From an uncultured cyanobacterium (GTDB lineage: Bacteria; Cyanobacteriota; Cyanobacteriia; Cyanobacteriales; Nostocaceae), in contig CAVUDP010000004.1 of NCBI GenBank assembly GCA_963740315.1, positions 544,001 to 608,000 of the forward strand: a DNA stretch of 64,000 nt. The letters are read 5' to 3'. Within the stretch, counting starts at the first letter, position 1; each line of letters starts with the position of its first letter. The translations under genes and the position numbers were made by a program. Shown here piece after piece: positions 49,772 through 61,636 of this stretch. A model generated the notes under the pieces. The model made no database searches. It was not told the origin of the DNA and was given only the letters and a program-made list of their open reading frames with translations.

Positions 49772-50266
49772 ATGTTAACATCGCTTAAACCAAGAAAGCT
49801 CGTCATCAGACAATCAAAAATTTCTTATAAATCTTCAGAAATCCATCCTTTAGCCAGATTCGTTACCGAAGAAGCAGTTTGTTTAAAATTTAATATCAAA
49901 TTTGAAGATATTTATGTAGTCGAATGCTGGCAATATGTCGTCTACGTCCACGGCAAGGGTTTGAGCAAGTTTGTCAGCTATGCCGATTTCCCGCCAATCA
50001 TAGGAGTTGCGCCACCTACCACTTCAGAAATGGCTAAATGGTGCAGACGCTGGTTAAAGCAACATAACTTTGTTCATAGGAAGCACGCTCCTAGATGGTG
50101 GGCGCAATTCTTCGCAATCCAATTTAAACAAAGTATTTGGGAGACAGTTTTATATGAGTGGGGCAAATTAATTGGGTTAATTAAATTTGCCTTTCATGAA
50201 GAAATATTACAGCAACTGCGAAATTGCTATCGCCACAATAAAGAATTGTTAGTGGTTAGTAGTTAG
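49772..50266 (+). CDS. Hypothetical protein divergent from the HTH pair
   Basis: Open frame; ATG at 49772 follows AGGA (ORF track extends to 49574); Trp-rich VECWQYVVYVHGKGLSKFVSY. Confidence 0.6.
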   Translation: MLTSLKPRKLVIRQSKISYKSSEIHPLARFVTEEAVCLKFNIKFEDIYVVECWQYVVYVHGKGLSKFVSYADFPPIIGVAPPTTSEMAKWCRRWLKQHNFVHRKHAPRWWAQFFAIQFKQSIWETVLYEWGKLIGLIKFAFHEEILQQLRNCYRHNKELLVVSS

Positions 50267-50270
50267 TTGT

Positions 50271-50324
50271 GAAGCAGCGCGATCTTGGGGGTTTCCCCCA
50301 TGAGCGACTGCTGAACCCGAAGGG
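50271..50324. repeat. Small dispersed repeat
   Basis: GCAGCGCGATCTTGGGGGTTTCCCCCATGAGCGACTGC hairpin resembles a recalled Nostocales dispersed repeat. Confidence 0.55.
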
Positions 50325-50377
50325 TTAGTTATTAACTCCTAACTCCTAACTCCGGTGGTTCCAACTCCTAACTATTA

Positions 50378-51289
50378 TCAACCATTGGCTGATTCCAAAA
50401 GCTGTTTCCTGGCTCTTTCAGCCCGTGCTTCTGCGCTCGTCATGACTTCTTCCATATTTTCAAGCATTTCACCGGGGAAGTTTTCTAAAACTTTGGTAGA
50501 AATTGCAACTCTACCTTTACCTTCATCTATGTCAATGATGAGAGCTTTAATTTCTTGCGAGGGTTGAAATACCTTTTCGATATTGTCAATAAACTTCTGG
50601 CTGATCTGCTTGATATGAAGTAAAGCGCTAACCCCATTTAGATCGACAAATACGCCAAATGGTTTGATACCAGTTATTTTTCCTTCTACTAACTGACCGA
50701 TTTCTAATAAACTGAAGCTCGCAGAACTTTTCGCCAAACGTTGAGAAAGTACGAGTTTGTTAGTGTTTTGGTTTATTTCTAAAAAGCTAACGGTGAGTTT
50801 TTGACCTCTGAGTGCTTCCAAATTGTTGCGCTCAAGCAGGTGAGAACGAGGAATAAAACCGCGCAAACCAAGAAGATCGACGGTGACACCACCTTTATTG
50901 GTGTTCATTACCTGCACGTCTACACTCTTAGAATTCTCTTGCATTTCTAGCAACTTGCGCCAAATCTGCCTCATTTCTAACTGGCGGCGAGAAATGGTTA
51001 CTTGCCCTTCTGCATTTTGCTCTTGGACAATTACAAATTCTAGTTCCTCATGAAGTGGTAGAACGGATGATAAATCTATTACCTCTCTCAAAGCCGCTTC
51101 ATGACGGGGAATAAAGGCACTTGACTTGCCCCCAATATCGGCATAAGCTCCATCTGGATCGATTTGGAATACTTTCCCTTTAACTACCTGCCCTTTTTGG
51201 AACTGGTAGTCATGTTTTTCTAAAGCTGCCGCAAAATCGTCCATTGTAAAAGACGTACCGGCTTTTTGAGAGTTTGCTTCGTTCTCCAT
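50378..51289 (-). CDS. S1 RNA-binding domain protein (30S ribosomal protein S1 homolog B)
   Basis: Three S1 domains (DIGGKSSAFIP, GLRGFIPRSH, KPFGVFVDL..LLHI). Confidence 0.9.
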   Translation of the reverse strand: MENEANSQKAGTSFTMDDFAAALEKHDYQFQKGQVVKGKVFQIDPDGAYADIGGKSSAFIPRHEAALREVIDLSSVLPLHEELEFVIVQEQNAEGQVTISRRQLEMRQIWRKLLEMQENSKSVDVQVMNTNKGGVTVDLLGLRGFIPRSHLLERNNLEALRGQKLTVSFLEINQNTNKLVLSQRLAKSSASFSLLEIGQLVEGKITGIKPFGVFVDLNGVSALLHIKQISQKFIDNIEKVFQPSQEIKALIIDIDEGKGRVAISTKVLENFPGEMLENMEEVMTSAEARAERARKQLLESANG

Positions 51290-51507
51290 AACAAATTGAA
51301 GATGAATTAAGATTTAGAACGCCCTTTGTCAGAGCAAATTATTAGTTATCAATTGTTAATTAGTCAGCGAATAATAATTTACTATTTCAACCACCTTTCC
51401 TAGACAGTTTTTGAGCCGTAAAAAAAGAAGGTTAATTGCAAACAGTTAATCCGACTACTAACCAATGACAACTCTTACACCATATCCTACAAATCCAGTC
51501 AAGATGG

Positions 51508-52248
51508 CTAAAGCTGCCCAAATAATTCTTTAACTTGTTCCCAAGCATCTTTCTCTGCTGTTGGATTATAGCTAGCACGGCGATCGCAAAAGAAACCGTG
51601 GTTGGCATCTTGGTAACGAAATACACGATGTGGTACAAGATATTTTTCTAATTCGGCTTCGATTTGGTCTACTTGCTCTGTAGGAACACTGGAATCTTCC
51701 ATACCAAAAAAGGCATAAAGCATACCTTGAATTTCTGAAGTAACATTTATAGTAGGTGCGCCTCCACCGGGAGTAGTGGTAGTTATACGAGCGCCGTAAA
51801 ATGAAGCGGTAGCTTTTATATCGGCTAAACTGGCGGCAATATATGCTACATGACCGCCGAAACAAAAACCAATGCAGCCAAAAGCATCTTTTTTTACTTC
51901 GGGTAAGGTTTTTAGATAGTCTATAGCCGATTGAATATCCTTTAAAAGTTCCGAGGCTTTAGTTTGTCCCCAAGCATAATTTTTACCTACTTCTATGTCT
52001 TCGGGGCTATAGCCAGTAGCAAAGCCAGGTGCTTGACGTTGAAATAAAGCAGGGGCAATTGCAATATATCCTTGCTTTGCGATACGTTCTGTAACGGACT
52101 GTATGTGTTCGTTAACTCCAAATATCTCTTGCAATACTACAATTCCCGGATAGCTGCCTTTTTCTTGAGGTTTTGCCAGATAAGCATCTATTTGCAGTGA
52201 ATCTGACGCTATCTTTACGGTTTTGGTGTCGATTGCAAGTTCTGTCAT
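51508..52248 (-). CDS. Dienelactone hydrolase family protein
   Basis: QEIFGVN, GFCFGG and HGFFCD motifs. Confidence 0.92.
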   Translation of the reverse strand: MTELAIDTKTVKIASDSLQIDAYLAKPQEKGSYPGIVVLQEIFGVNEHIQSVTERIAKQGYIAIAPALFQRQAPGFATGYSPEDIEVGKNYAWGQTKASELLKDIQSAIDYLKTLPEVKKDAFGCIGFCFGGHVAYIAASLADIKATASFYGARITTTTPGGGAPTINVTSEIQGMLYAFFGMEDSSVPTEQVDQIEAELEKYLVPHRVFRYQDANHGFFCDRRASYNPTAEKDAWEQVKELFGQL

Positions 52249-52462
52249 AATAGTTTTTACCAGTGTGGTGTAATTATTAGATATAGTTATGCCAGTAATG
52301 AGAAACCATTACTTATAAAATTATCAACTTAGTAATAACGTTCCTTAAGGAGAAATTCTTCCTTCTAAAATTCAATGTATAAATAAGATATTTAGAATTA
52401 GGCACGCAACTAGCACCGATTTTTACCGCTTCCTTAAGCTATTAGCACCCCTCTTAAAGGTG

Positions 52463-53449
52463 ATGATTCAATTCCGCATTCAGCCAGATAGTGAAATTCC
52501 TGCATCGACTCAGCTGTTCAATCAAATTCGATTCGCGATCGCATCGCGGCAATATCCCCCAGCTTATAAATTGCCTTCAACCAGAGCGTTGGCGATGCAA
52601 ACCGGGTTGCATCGCAATACTATTAGCAAAGTTTACCGCCAATTGGAGGAAGATGGACTTGTAGAAAGTCTGGCTGGTTCGGGAATTTACGTCCGCGCTC
52701 AAGGACATGAGGGCGGTAGCAAGCTACAATCGCCGATTCTTAAACAACATCCCGAAGCATACAAAATTGTTCAGAAGGCTCTCGATGAACTACTTGCTCA
52801 AGGTTGTTCGCTCAATCAAGCCCGCGAGATATTTCTGGCTGAAATTGATTGGCGGTTGCGTTGTAGTGCGCGGGTACTGGTAGCGGTACCGACTCAGGAT
52901 ATCGGTGCTGGCGAATTAATAGTACAAGAATTAGAACAAGCACTACAGATACCAGTACAGTTAGTTGCTACCGAAGAATTATCTGCCCTATTAGATAAAA
53001 CTACCTCGGCAACGGTTGTTACAAGCCGATATTTTATCGGTGAAGTAGAAGCAATTGCAGCACCTAGAGCAGTACGTGTAATTCCTCTTGATATCCACGA
53101 TTACGCCAAAGAATTCAATATTGTTAAAAATTTATCAAAAGACAGTTGTATCGGCATTGTCAGCCTTAGTTCCGGAATTCTCCGAGCAACAGAAGTAATT
53201 CTCCACGGTTTGCGAGGGGACGAAATATTGGTGATGACTTCACAACCAAAAGATAGCTATAAGTTAGGCGCAATAGTCAAGCGGGCACAAATAATTTTTT
53301 GTAGTGATGAGAGTAGTTATGGAGCCGTACAAGGTGCGATGCAAATGGCTATAGAAGACATCATTCGTCCACCCAAACTAGTTTACTGTGAGAATTATAT
53401 CGGGGGGAAATCGATTAATCTACTTAAAAGAGAATTGGGATTAGATTAA
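52463..53449 (+). CDS. plmA: GntR family regulator PlmA
   Basis: MIQFRIQPDSEIPASTQL...LPSTRALAMQTGLHRNTISKVY, cyanobacterial PlmA subfamily pattern. Confidence 0.85.
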   Translation: MIQFRIQPDSEIPASTQLFNQIRFAIASRQYPPAYKLPSTRALAMQTGLHRNTISKVYRQLEEDGLVESLAGSGIYVRAQGHEGGSKLQSPILKQHPEAYKIVQKALDELLAQGCSLNQAREIFLAEIDWRLRCSARVLVAVPTQDIGAGELIVQELEQALQIPVQLVATEELSALLDKTTSATVVTSRYFIGEVEAIAAPRAVRVIPLDIHDYAKEFNIVKNLSKDSCIGIVSLSSGILRATEVILHGLRGDEILVMTSQPKDSYKLGAIVKRAQIIFCSDESSYGAVQGAMQMAIEDIIRPPKLVYCENYIGGKSINLLKRELGLD

Positions 53450-53477
53450 CTAAATGGGCATCGGGCATAGAAAATAA

Positions 53478-53638
53478 TTAGGAATTAGGAGTTAGGAATT
53501 AGGAATTAGGAGTTAGGAATTAGGAGTTAGGAATTAGGAATTGAAAATTGTTTTTCCCCCGAACCCCATCCCCCCATCTCCCCCGAACCCCATCCCCTTG
53601 TCTCCCCATCTTCCTATGCCCAATGCCCAATGCCCAAA
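53478..53638. repeat. STRR block
   Basis: TTAGGA(A/G) heptamers, CCCCATC and TGCCCAA runs. Confidence 0.85.
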
Positions 53639-53643
53639 TACGA

Positions 53644-54525
53644 TCATGCAGAAAGCAGCATGGGTAATTGTAAAAACTTGCTGACTGTTTCTAGGTAAGT
53701 ATTGGGATCTTCTAACATGGGAAAATGAGCCGTATTAGGAATCATGACATACTCAACTCGATCGCTCAATACCGCTGCTTTTCGTCCCATTTCAGCAGGG
53801 ATGATTTTATCGTATTCCCCAGATACTAATAAAGTCGGTACTTTAAGTTTGGCAAATTCTTGCGGCATTAACTCAGACTGAGCTTTACTAACCGAAGTAT
53901 AAATTGTGTTTAAAGCTGCTTCGCGATCGGCTATGAGAAAGTCTTCTAAAAAAGCCTGACGATCGGCTGCTTTTATAGGGCGATACAGAAATCGCGCCAT
54001 AAACATTCTGTCAACCAATGGAATTTTCGCCAACCATTGAGGACGAACTTTGACAACGTAACCACCAAATTTGTGAAAAGCGTCGAAAGCTTGCTTGTCG
54101 TACTCGAAAATACCGCTACAAGTCAAAATTGCTTTTTCTACACGTTCTTGATATTGGTTAAGAAACAAAGTGGCGATCGATGCGCCCATTGAATGAGCAT
54201 TAATGTAAACGCGCTGCAACTGCAATCGATCGAGTAAAGCGATTAAATCCTGGGCATATTCTTCTAACTCGTAAGTTAAATCTATTACTGCTTCTGACTG
54301 AATGGATTCTGCTTCAACAATAGGTTTTCCACGGGAACGTCCAAATCCCCGCATATCGTAAAGCAAACAATCAAACTGCTTCGACAAAACTTGAGCAGTA
54401 GTTTCCCAATATCGAGCGCTACCTGCCCAACCGTGGATAAACACCATTACTGGTTTTTCCGAACCATCAGATTGTTTAATCCACTCGTAGTAATGTTCTA
54501 CGCCACGAACCTTAATATAAGCCAT
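53644..54525 (-). CDS. Alpha/beta fold hydrolase
   Basis: FIHGWAGS, DMRGFGRS, AHSMG and AHFPMLE motifs. Confidence 0.9.
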   Translation of the reverse strand: MAYIKVRGVEHYYEWIKQSDGSEKPVMVFIHGWAGSARYWETTAQVLSKQFDCLLYDMRGFGRSRGKPIVEAESIQSEAVIDLTYELEEYAQDLIALLDRLQLQRVYINAHSMGASIATLFLNQYQERVEKAILTCSGIFEYDKQAFDAFHKFGGYVVKVRPQWLAKIPLVDRMFMARFLYRPIKAADRQAFLEDFLIADREAALNTIYTSVSKAQSELMPQEFAKLKVPTLLVSGEYDKIIPAEMGRKAAVLSDRVEYVMIPNTAHFPMLEDPNTYLETVSKFLQLPMLLSA

Positions 54526-54608
54526 GCATCAAAAATTAAATATCAAAAACAAAAAATTAGAAGTTAAGAATTAATTCCTAACTTCTAACTTTTAATTCCT
54601 AACTATAT

Positions 54609-55961
54609 TTAAGCTGATTCAGGCTTCGGTAGGGAAGAGGGATGAACCAATAGTTCTGCCGTGGAACGTTTCTCTACCATGTCTTGCGTCACCGTACAAA
54701 TAGTTACATCTTTACGGGAAGGTAACTCGTACATTATATCCAGCATCAGTTCTTCTACAATCCCTCGCAAAGCTCTAGCACCAGTCTTACGACGATAAGC
54801 TTCTTGAGCTATAGCTTTGAGAGCTTCTGCATTAAACTCTAACTGGACGTTATCCATATTCAAGAGTTTTTGATACTGCTTGACTAAGGCGCTACGGGGC
54901 TTAGTTAATATCGCCATCAGCGCTTCTTCATCAAGTGGATCTACTACCGCTACCATTGGTACCCGTCCAATAAATTCCGGTATCATCCCAAACTTAACTA
55001 AGTCTCCCGGTTCCAAATGGCGCACGGTATTTGCTACCCGCTTTTCCTTTGTTTGCCCTTCTCCTGGCTGCAAAAAGCCAATTGACTTTTTACCAGTTCT
55101 TTGTTCTACTACTTTCTCCAAGCCGACGAAAGCACCACCGCAGACGAATAGAATATTACTCGTATCAATCTGGATGCAGTCCTGATAAGGGTGCTTGCGT
55201 CCTCCTTGGGGTGGTACGTTAGCAACGGTTCCTTCAAGCATTTTTAGCAAAGCTTGCTGTACGCCTTCCCCAGAAACATCCCGCGTTATCGAGGGGTTTT
55301 CACTCTTGCGAGCAATTTTGTCAATTTCGTCGATGTAGATAATTCCTCGTTGTGCTTCTTCAACGTCTAAATCGGCAACCTGCAACAGCCGCAGCAGAAT
55401 ATTTTCTACATCTTCCCCTACATAACCGGCTTCCGTCAGAGTAGTAGCATCAGCGACAGCAAAGGGTACATCAAGAATTTTCGCTAAGGTTTGCGCCAGT
55501 AGAGTTTTACCGCACCCAGTAGGACCAATCAACAAAATATTCGATTTTTGAAGTTCTACTGGTTCCTCGCCCTCCTCTTTCGATCCCCCTTTAGACCCGT
55601 TAATCAGTGACAATCTTTTATAGTGATTGTATACCGCGACTGAAAGCACTTTCTTGGCTTCTTCTTGACCAATAACGTGTTCGTCTAAGTAATTTTTAAT
55701 CTCTCGCGGTTTGGGTATTTGATTAAACGAGAGACTGGCAGAGCGGGTACGGCGTTTTTCGGGCGGTTCCGAACGTGGTGTTGGCTGCGAAGCAGCAGTT
55801 GCACCATTTGTATCGAGCAATTCCTCATCTAATATTTCATTACATAAGTCAACGCACTCATCGCAGATGTAGACTCCAGGTCCGGCGATTAGCTTACGTA
55901 CCTGCTCTTGAGATTTGCCACAAAATGAACATTTTAAATGGGAATCGTACTTACCTGTCAT
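54609..55961 (-). CDS. clpX: ATP-dependent Clp protease ATP-binding subunit
   Basis: CSFCGK zinc finger; [21 protein letters not shown] loop. Confidence 0.98.
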   Translation of the reverse strand: MTGKYDSHLKCSFCGKSQEQVRKLIAGPGVYICDECVDLCNEILDEELLDTNGATAASQPTPRSEPPEKRRTRSASLSFNQIPKPREIKNYLDEHVIGQEEAKKVLSVAVYNHYKRLSLINGSKGGSKEEGEEPVELQKSNILLIGPTGCGKTLLAQTLAKILDVPFAVADATTLTEAGYVGEDVENILLRLLQVADLDVEEAQRGIIYIDEIDKIARKSENPSITRDVSGEGVQQALLKMLEGTVANVPPQGGRKHPYQDCIQIDTSNILFVCGGAFVGLEKVVEQRTGKKSIGFLQPGEGQTKEKRVANTVRHLEPGDLVKFGMIPEFIGRVPMVAVVDPLDEEALMAILTKPRSALVKQYQKLLNMDNVQLEFNAEALKAIAQEAYRRKTGARALRGIVEELMLDIMYELPSRKDVTICTVTQDMVEKRSTAELLVHPSSLPKPESA

Positions 55962-55970
55962 ACCAGCCTC

Positions 55971-56675
55971 TTATTTCACACTAGTGACGTTTTCCCCTGC
56001 TGGGGGAAGATTTTGCCTAGAGATAACCTGGTCGATTAACCCGTAGTTTTTAGCTTCGTTCGCTGACATGAAAAAATCTCGTTCGGTATCAGCTTCTATT
56101 TTTTCTAATGGTTGACCAGTATGAGATGCTAAAATCTCATTCAACTTAGCTTTATGATAAAGAATTTCTTTAGCTTGGATTTCTATATCCACCGCTTGTC
56201 CCTGGGCACCGCCCAAAGGTTGGTGAATCATAATCCGCGAATCTGGAAGAGACATCCGCTTACCAGCGGTTCCTGCCGTTAGCAATAAAGCACCCATGCT
56301 AGCAGCTAATCCAAAACATATAGTTACTACATCTGGACGGATTTGCTGAATTGTATCATAAATTGCCATGCCTGCGGTAACTGAGCCACCAGGGGAATTT
56401 ATGTAAATTTGAATATCTTTTTCTGAGTCATCGGCATCTAGAAACAGTAGCTGGGCAACAAGCGAGTTGGCAACTGCATCATCGATGGGAGTTCCTAAGA
56501 AAATAATCCGCTCTCGCAGGAGACGCGAATAGATGTCAAAAGCTCGTTCCCCCATGCCTGATTGTTCTACTACCGTTGGTAGCATTGAACTAGACTGCGG
56601 GCGATCGCTTTGCGAATAAATAAATAGTTGATTCAAACTACTAACTGGGTCATTTCCCGACTGCGATACTAACAT
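55971..56675 (-). CDS. clpP: Clp protease proteolytic subunit
   Basis: [25 protein letters not shown] and MIHQPLGG motifs; start uncertain. Confidence 0.96.
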   Translation of the reverse strand: MLVSQSGNDPVSSLNQLFIYSQSDRPQSSSMLPTVVEQSGMGERAFDIYSRLLRERIIFLGTPIDDAVANSLVAQLLFLDADDSEKDIQIYINSPGGSVTAGMAIYDTIQQIRPDVVTICFGLAASMGALLLTAGTAGKRMSLPDSRIMIHQPLGGAQGQAVDIEIQAKEILYHKAKLNEILASHTGQPLEKIEADTERDFFMSANEAKNYGLIDQVISRQNLPPAGENVTSVK

Positions 56676-56964
56676 AAAGAAATAATTGGCTTTTAAGACA
56701 ACAGGTGACAGCAATTGCTGCTATAAATAACGCGGATTGAATTTTTATAAGACAGTATGTGTTAACCATTATGCCTTATATAAATTACTCGTGTGTGGAT
56801 AAAATCAATTTTTTGAAGGCTGTAAGATATCCTGTTGTCAGTTTTAACTTTTGTTAAAATTATTACTTACCTTCTTTGAAAATTGAAGCTATTAGCTAGC
56901 TCTAGGCGATCGGACAGGGTATATATTTTTATTTTAGACCGATTGCCGATCGCTATAATTTTCA

Positions 56965-58401
56965 TCATTCTTCTACTGTTGCCGAGACAGCTTCCTCGTC
57001 AGAATTATTTTCGTTGTCAAGTTCTTCAACCTCTACAGTTTCTTCGTCTGTATCAGTTTCTTGAGGATTCAAAGAGCCTTCAGGTACGAGTTCAATCGAA
57101 GAACGTTCCAAAAGCCAATCGACTATTTTCTCAGTTAACAATTCATTTTCCACTACTTCTTGTACTTTATCCGGGTCAACATCCTGCTCGGAATATTCTT
57201 CAATAATTTCTTTTTTTCTGGCTTCAATTTCTGACTCGGTGGCTTCGATAGATTCAAGTTTGCCAACTTCGCGCAGAGCAAGAGTTCTTTGCAGCCTGTC
57301 AACGGCTTCGGGACGGGAACGCTGGCGCAATTGAGGAATAGTATCTTGGTTGAACAATTTCTTCACATCCAAACCCTGCTGGCTTAGGCGGACTGCTGTT
57401 TGAGTCAGCATTGCATCAACTTCTTGCTGAATCATCGTTTCAGGTAAGTCGAATGTGGCGATCTTAACTAACTCGTTCAACAAAGCTTCTTGTTTTTTCG
57501 CCTTAGCATTATCTTCGGCTTCTTTTTTAAACCGTTCTTCTAAGGAACTACGTAATTCGGCTATTGTCTCAAATTCGCTAACTTCTTGAGCAAAATCATC
57601 ATTTAATTCGGGTAGCTCTTTTTCCTTAAGTTCTTTGAGCGTTACCGTAAATTTAGCTGCTTTTCCGGCGAGTTCTTCATTGGCGTAGGGATCGGGAAAC
57701 TGAGCCGAAATTTCTTTGGTTTCGAGGGCATTCATTCCTACTATGCCTGTAATGAAGCCGGGAATAAATTTATCTTCTTCCAAGTCAACCTGAAAGTCGG
57801 TAGCTTCCGCACCGGGGATCGATTCGAGTTCGGCTTCTGGATCTGCACCTTCTTCGGGAGCCAAAAAGCCTTTAAAATCTAAAATCGAAGTGTCTCCCAA
57901 TTGTGCCGGACGACCTTCCACAGGAATCAATGTCGCCATCTGCTGACGCTCGTTTTCCAAAACTTTATCTATTTGTTCGGTATCGTATTTAACTTCCTCA
58001 GCTTTGAACTGCAAACCCGAATATTCGCCCAAGCTAACTTGAGGTGGTACATCTACCGCAGCCGAAAAAATTAAAGGCTTTCCTGGTTCATAATTGTTTA
58101 CTAATTCTTCAAACGAAGAGCGTAACTCAGGCTGACCGATCGCTTCAATATTCTCTTGCTTTACCGCTTCACCAATACCATCTTGAATCAATTCTTCGAG
58201 CGCCGCAGCTTTGATGCGAGTTTTACCCAAGCGCTGTAGCAATATCTGCCGAGGCACCTTTCCTTTGCGAAATCCAGAAATATTGGCTTCCCGAGCGTAA
58301 TTTTGAATTACCTTTTCGTAGCTTTGCTTGGTTTTTTCCGGCGCAATTTCGATTTCTAGACCGATTTGACTGGCTGGCAGTTTTTCCTGGGTAACTTTCA
58401 T
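56965..58401 (-). CDS. tig: Trigger factor
   Basis: GFRKGKVP signature; FKBP domain; precedes clpP-clpX. Confidence 0.97.
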   Translation of the reverse strand: MKVTQEKLPASQIGLEIEIAPEKTKQSYEKVIQNYAREANISGFRKGKVPRQILLQRLGKTRIKAAALEELIQDGIGEAVKQENIEAIGQPELRSSFEELVNNYEPGKPLIFSAAVDVPPQVSLGEYSGLQFKAEEVKYDTEQIDKVLENERQQMATLIPVEGRPAQLGDTSILDFKGFLAPEEGADPEAELESIPGAEATDFQVDLEEDKFIPGFITGIVGMNALETKEISAQFPDPYANEELAGKAAKFTVTLKELKEKELPELNDDFAQEVSEFETIAELRSSLEERFKKEAEDNAKAKKQEALLNELVKIATFDLPETMIQQEVDAMLTQTAVRLSQQGLDVKKLFNQDTIPQLRQRSRPEAVDRLQRTLALREVGKLESIEATESEIEARKKEIIEEYSEQDVDPDKVQEVVENELLTEKIVDWLLERSSIELVPEGSLNPQETDTDEETVEVEELDNENNSDEEAVSATVEE

Positions 58402-59183
58402 ACACTTGTCTCTACTTTCTGCTAATTTTTTTACTGTAAGTTCGCTAACGCCTTATCCGCCGCTAGGTCGAAGGAAATTTATATTGCTATTTCCTTACAA
58501 TTCCCAAAAAATTCCTTTCTAGAAAAAAGCCCGGAGCCAATTACTAAGCTAAGTTTGGTGCCGTCTTCTTCAATAGAACGATTACAAGGGCATCCCTTCA
58601 ATGGGGGTTCTTACTGAGGGGGTGCGTCACCGTGATATCCTAATCAATACAACTCTTGAAGTAAAACTATCTCAAGAATATTTGGGCTTTTATGCAAGAG
58701 CCGAGTTAAAGCTCGTCCTCAAACATAATCCGGTGAATTATATCATTGTTATTCGCCCCTGCACAGCTTGGGGTTCATCTGAATCATAGTACATCAATCC
58801 CCAAGGTCAACGCCGTTTTTACAATCTCCCGAATTAGCCTGCTATGTAGCAATGCCAAAAAAATTAAGTTTTCTTTTTACTTCTTAGAATAAATATGGTG
58901 TATAATATATACTTTATATATTAATAAAATATTGAGTAGTTAACTAATTAATAATTGTTGTAAAGTACAGCATTGTGGTGTTCGTAGTAGGTAAGAGAAT
59001 AAATGTATATTTATCAAAGAATAAATTATAAAAAGATAAAAATAATAAATATAGTATAGTTTTTTGTGATATTGAAAATAATTTAGAAATGGGATGAAAT
59101 TCGTTTAAGTGCAATTAAGATTTTTCGGTATGAATGTATTTATGAACAATTGCAGATAGAATTTTTGGGAGGAGGAAGTTAAT

Positions 59184-60215
59184 TTGCAGACCGCCTATCG
59201 TGTAGCTATTTTAGGAGCAACTGGTGCTGTAGGCACTGAATTGCTAGAATTACTCGGAGAACGAAATTTTCCTTTAGCCGATTTAAAATTATTAGCTTCA
59301 GAACGCAGTGCGGGGAAAAAACTGCCGTTTAAAGGGGAAAATTTAACAGTAGAAGCGGTAAGTGAAGCCGCCCTGCAAAATGTAGATTTGGTATTGGCTT
59401 CTGCTGGCGGTTCGATTTCTAAAGTCTGGGCACCCATAGCAGTAGAAAAAGGTGCGGTGGTAATTGACAATTCCAGCGCTTTCCGGATGAATCCCGAAGT
59501 TCCTTTAGTTGTGCCAGAAGTAAATCCACAAGCAGCTGCTAAACATAAGGGTATTATTGCTAATCCTAATTGCACCACTATTTTAATGTCGGTGGGAATA
59601 TTTCCATTGCATAAAGTAAAGCCAATCAAACGTATTGTTGTGGCTACTTACCAGTCTGCTAGCGGTGCGGGTGCAAAGGCGATGGAAGAGGTAAAGAACC
59701 AAAGTATAGATATTTTAGAAGGAAAAGAGCCTGTGGCAAAGGTTTTTCCTTACCCCTTGGCATTTAACTTGTTCCCACACAATTCTCCATTAGATTCGAC
59801 GGGGTATTGCGAAGAAGAATTAAAGATGGTTAACGAAACCCGCAAAATTTTTAACAATCAAGATATTAAAATTACTGCAACTTGCATTAGGGTTCCCGTA
59901 TTACGCGCTCATTCAGAGGCAATTAATTTAGAATTTGAAACACCTTTTGATATAGAGGAAGCAAGAAGAATTTTAAGTGAATCTCCTGGTGTAAAATTAG
60001 TAGAAGATTGGCAAAAAAATTATTTTCCCATGCCTATAGAAGCGACAGGTAAGGATGAAGTATTGGTAGGAAGAATTCGTCAGGATATTTCTCATGAATG
60101 CGGCTTGGAACTATGGTTATGTGGCGACCAAATCCGCAAAGGTGCTGCTTTGAATGCAGTTCAAATCGCCGAATTACTAGTAGAGAAAAATCTAATTAAT
60201 CCTGAAGCTGTATAG
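59184..60215 (+). CDS. asd: Aspartate-semialdehyde dehydrogenase
   Basis: GATGAVG, DNSSAFRM, ANPNCTT and QSASGAG motifs; TTG start after GGAGGAGG. Confidence 0.97.
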   Translation: MQTAYRVAILGATGAVGTELLELLGERNFPLADLKLLASERSAGKKLPFKGENLTVEAVSEAALQNVDLVLASAGGSISKVWAPIAVEKGAVVIDNSSAFRMNPEVPLVVPEVNPQAAAKHKGIIANPNCTTILMSVGIFPLHKVKPIKRIVVATYQSASGAGAKAMEEVKNQSIDILEGKEPVAKVFPYPLAFNLFPHNSPLDSTGYCEEELKMVNETRKIFNNQDIKITATCIRVPVLRAHSEAINLEFETPFDIEEARRILSESPGVKLVEDWQKNYFPMPIEATGKDEVLVGRIRQDISHECGLELWLCGDQIRKGAALNAVQIAELLVEKNLINPEAV

Positions 60216-60468
60216 GTTTGCGTGTAGTAAAATATGAGAGTAAATATCATAAATTATCATAATAGTAAAGATATAATTGTAAAAATATAATTTAAATTAT
60301 TAAAGCATAAATTGACTGGCTCGATATTAATTAATCAATATTAAATTGAGGATCAAATAATGAATGAGGTCTTGTTTGCCCTTGAAAAAGAGATGGCTTT
60401 GGGGTTATTAAATATATACAGCCACTAACAAATGTTGAAACTGCCGAATTGTAATTAGGAGTAAATTA

Positions 60469-61362
60469 GTGGTGGTAGACTTTGGGAAAGTGATAACTGC
60501 AATTGTTACGCCGTTTAAGGAAGACGGCAGTGTAAATTACCATGTTGCAGAAAAGCTAGCAGCACATCTAGCCGATAACGGTACGGATACATTTGTAGTA
60601 TGCGGAACAACGGGTGAATCTCCTAGCATGACTTGGGATGAAGAATACCAATTGTTCAAAGTAATATTGCAAGCCGTATCAGGTAAAGCAAAAGTAATTG
60701 CCGGATGTGGCTCCAATTCCACAAAAGAAGCAATGGCGGCTACACAACAAGCAGCTAAAATAGGAGTACATGGTTCATTGCAAGTTGTACCTTATTACAA
60801 CAAACCCCCACAAGCTGGACTTTATCGCCATTTTCAAGCGATAGCCGAAGCTGCACCAGAGCTACCGTTGTTGTTATACAATATCCCAGGTCGTACTGGT
60901 CAAAACCTACAGCCCCAAACATTAGCGCGTTTAGCTGAGATAGAAAATATTGTTGGTATCAAAGAATCAACTGGAAATATAGATCAAGCAAGTGAAATGC
61001 GACGCTTGACACCACCAGAATTTCAGATTTACTCTGGTGATGATTACATGACCTTGCCTTTGTTATCTATTGGGGCAAAAGGTGTAGTCAGCGTAGCTTC
61101 TCATCTGGTAGGTTTGCAACTACAGCAGATGATTCAGGCTTTTTGTAGTGGTAAAGTTCAAGCTGCTAGCGAGATTCATCTCAGACTTTTTCCATTGTTC
61201 AAAGTTTTATTTGCAACTGCGAATCCCATTCCGCTTAAAACAGCTTTAAATCTCCAAGGGTGGGAAGTTGGTTCAACTCGTTTACCTTTATACGAAGCTG
61301 AATTTGAATTCACTCAACAATTAGAAGCAGTTCTCCAAGAATTAGATTTGAACAAAGTTTAA
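60469..61362 (+). CDS. dapA: 4-hydroxy-tetrahydrodipicolinate synthase
   Basis: [25 protein letters not shown] and SGDD motifs. Confidence 0.97.
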   Translation: MVVDFGKVITAIVTPFKEDGSVNYHVAEKLAAHLADNGTDTFVVCGTTGESPSMTWDEEYQLFKVILQAVSGKAKVIAGCGSNSTKEAMAATQQAAKIGVHGSLQVVPYYNKPPQAGLYRHFQAIAEAAPELPLLLYNIPGRTGQNLQPQTLARLAEIENIVGIKESTGNIDQASEMRRLTPPEFQIYSGDDYMTLPLLSIGAKGVVSVASHLVGLQLQQMIQAFCSGKVQAASEIHLRLFPLFKVLFATANPIPLKTALNLQGWEVGSTRLPLYEAEFEFTQQLEAVLQELDLNKV

Positions 61363-61636
61363 ATCATGTAGCAGCGGATACAGTGTAAAATCCAATACAT
61401 ATTATAACTGTTAACGGGCTTGGTCTTTTAAAAAGTAAAGTATAGTGTTGCGATCGCTCGGTAAATTTAATAAGACGGCATTTTAAATCCGTTTTTTGAC
61501 AATTCAACATTAATTAAATCTTGCTAAAAGAAAGACTATGTAGGAAAGATAGCAATAAGAGTTCGTCTTATAAAAACTCTAATCAAGCTTTTAACTGCAA
61601 AGAAAAATCTAACTAACTTATTAACTAAGGAAAAAA

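Noticed and set aside
58440..58850. Possible ncRNA/riboswitch or 62-aa ORF between tig and asd
   Set aside because: No recognisable riboswitch consensus or convincing fold by eye; the ORF has no features
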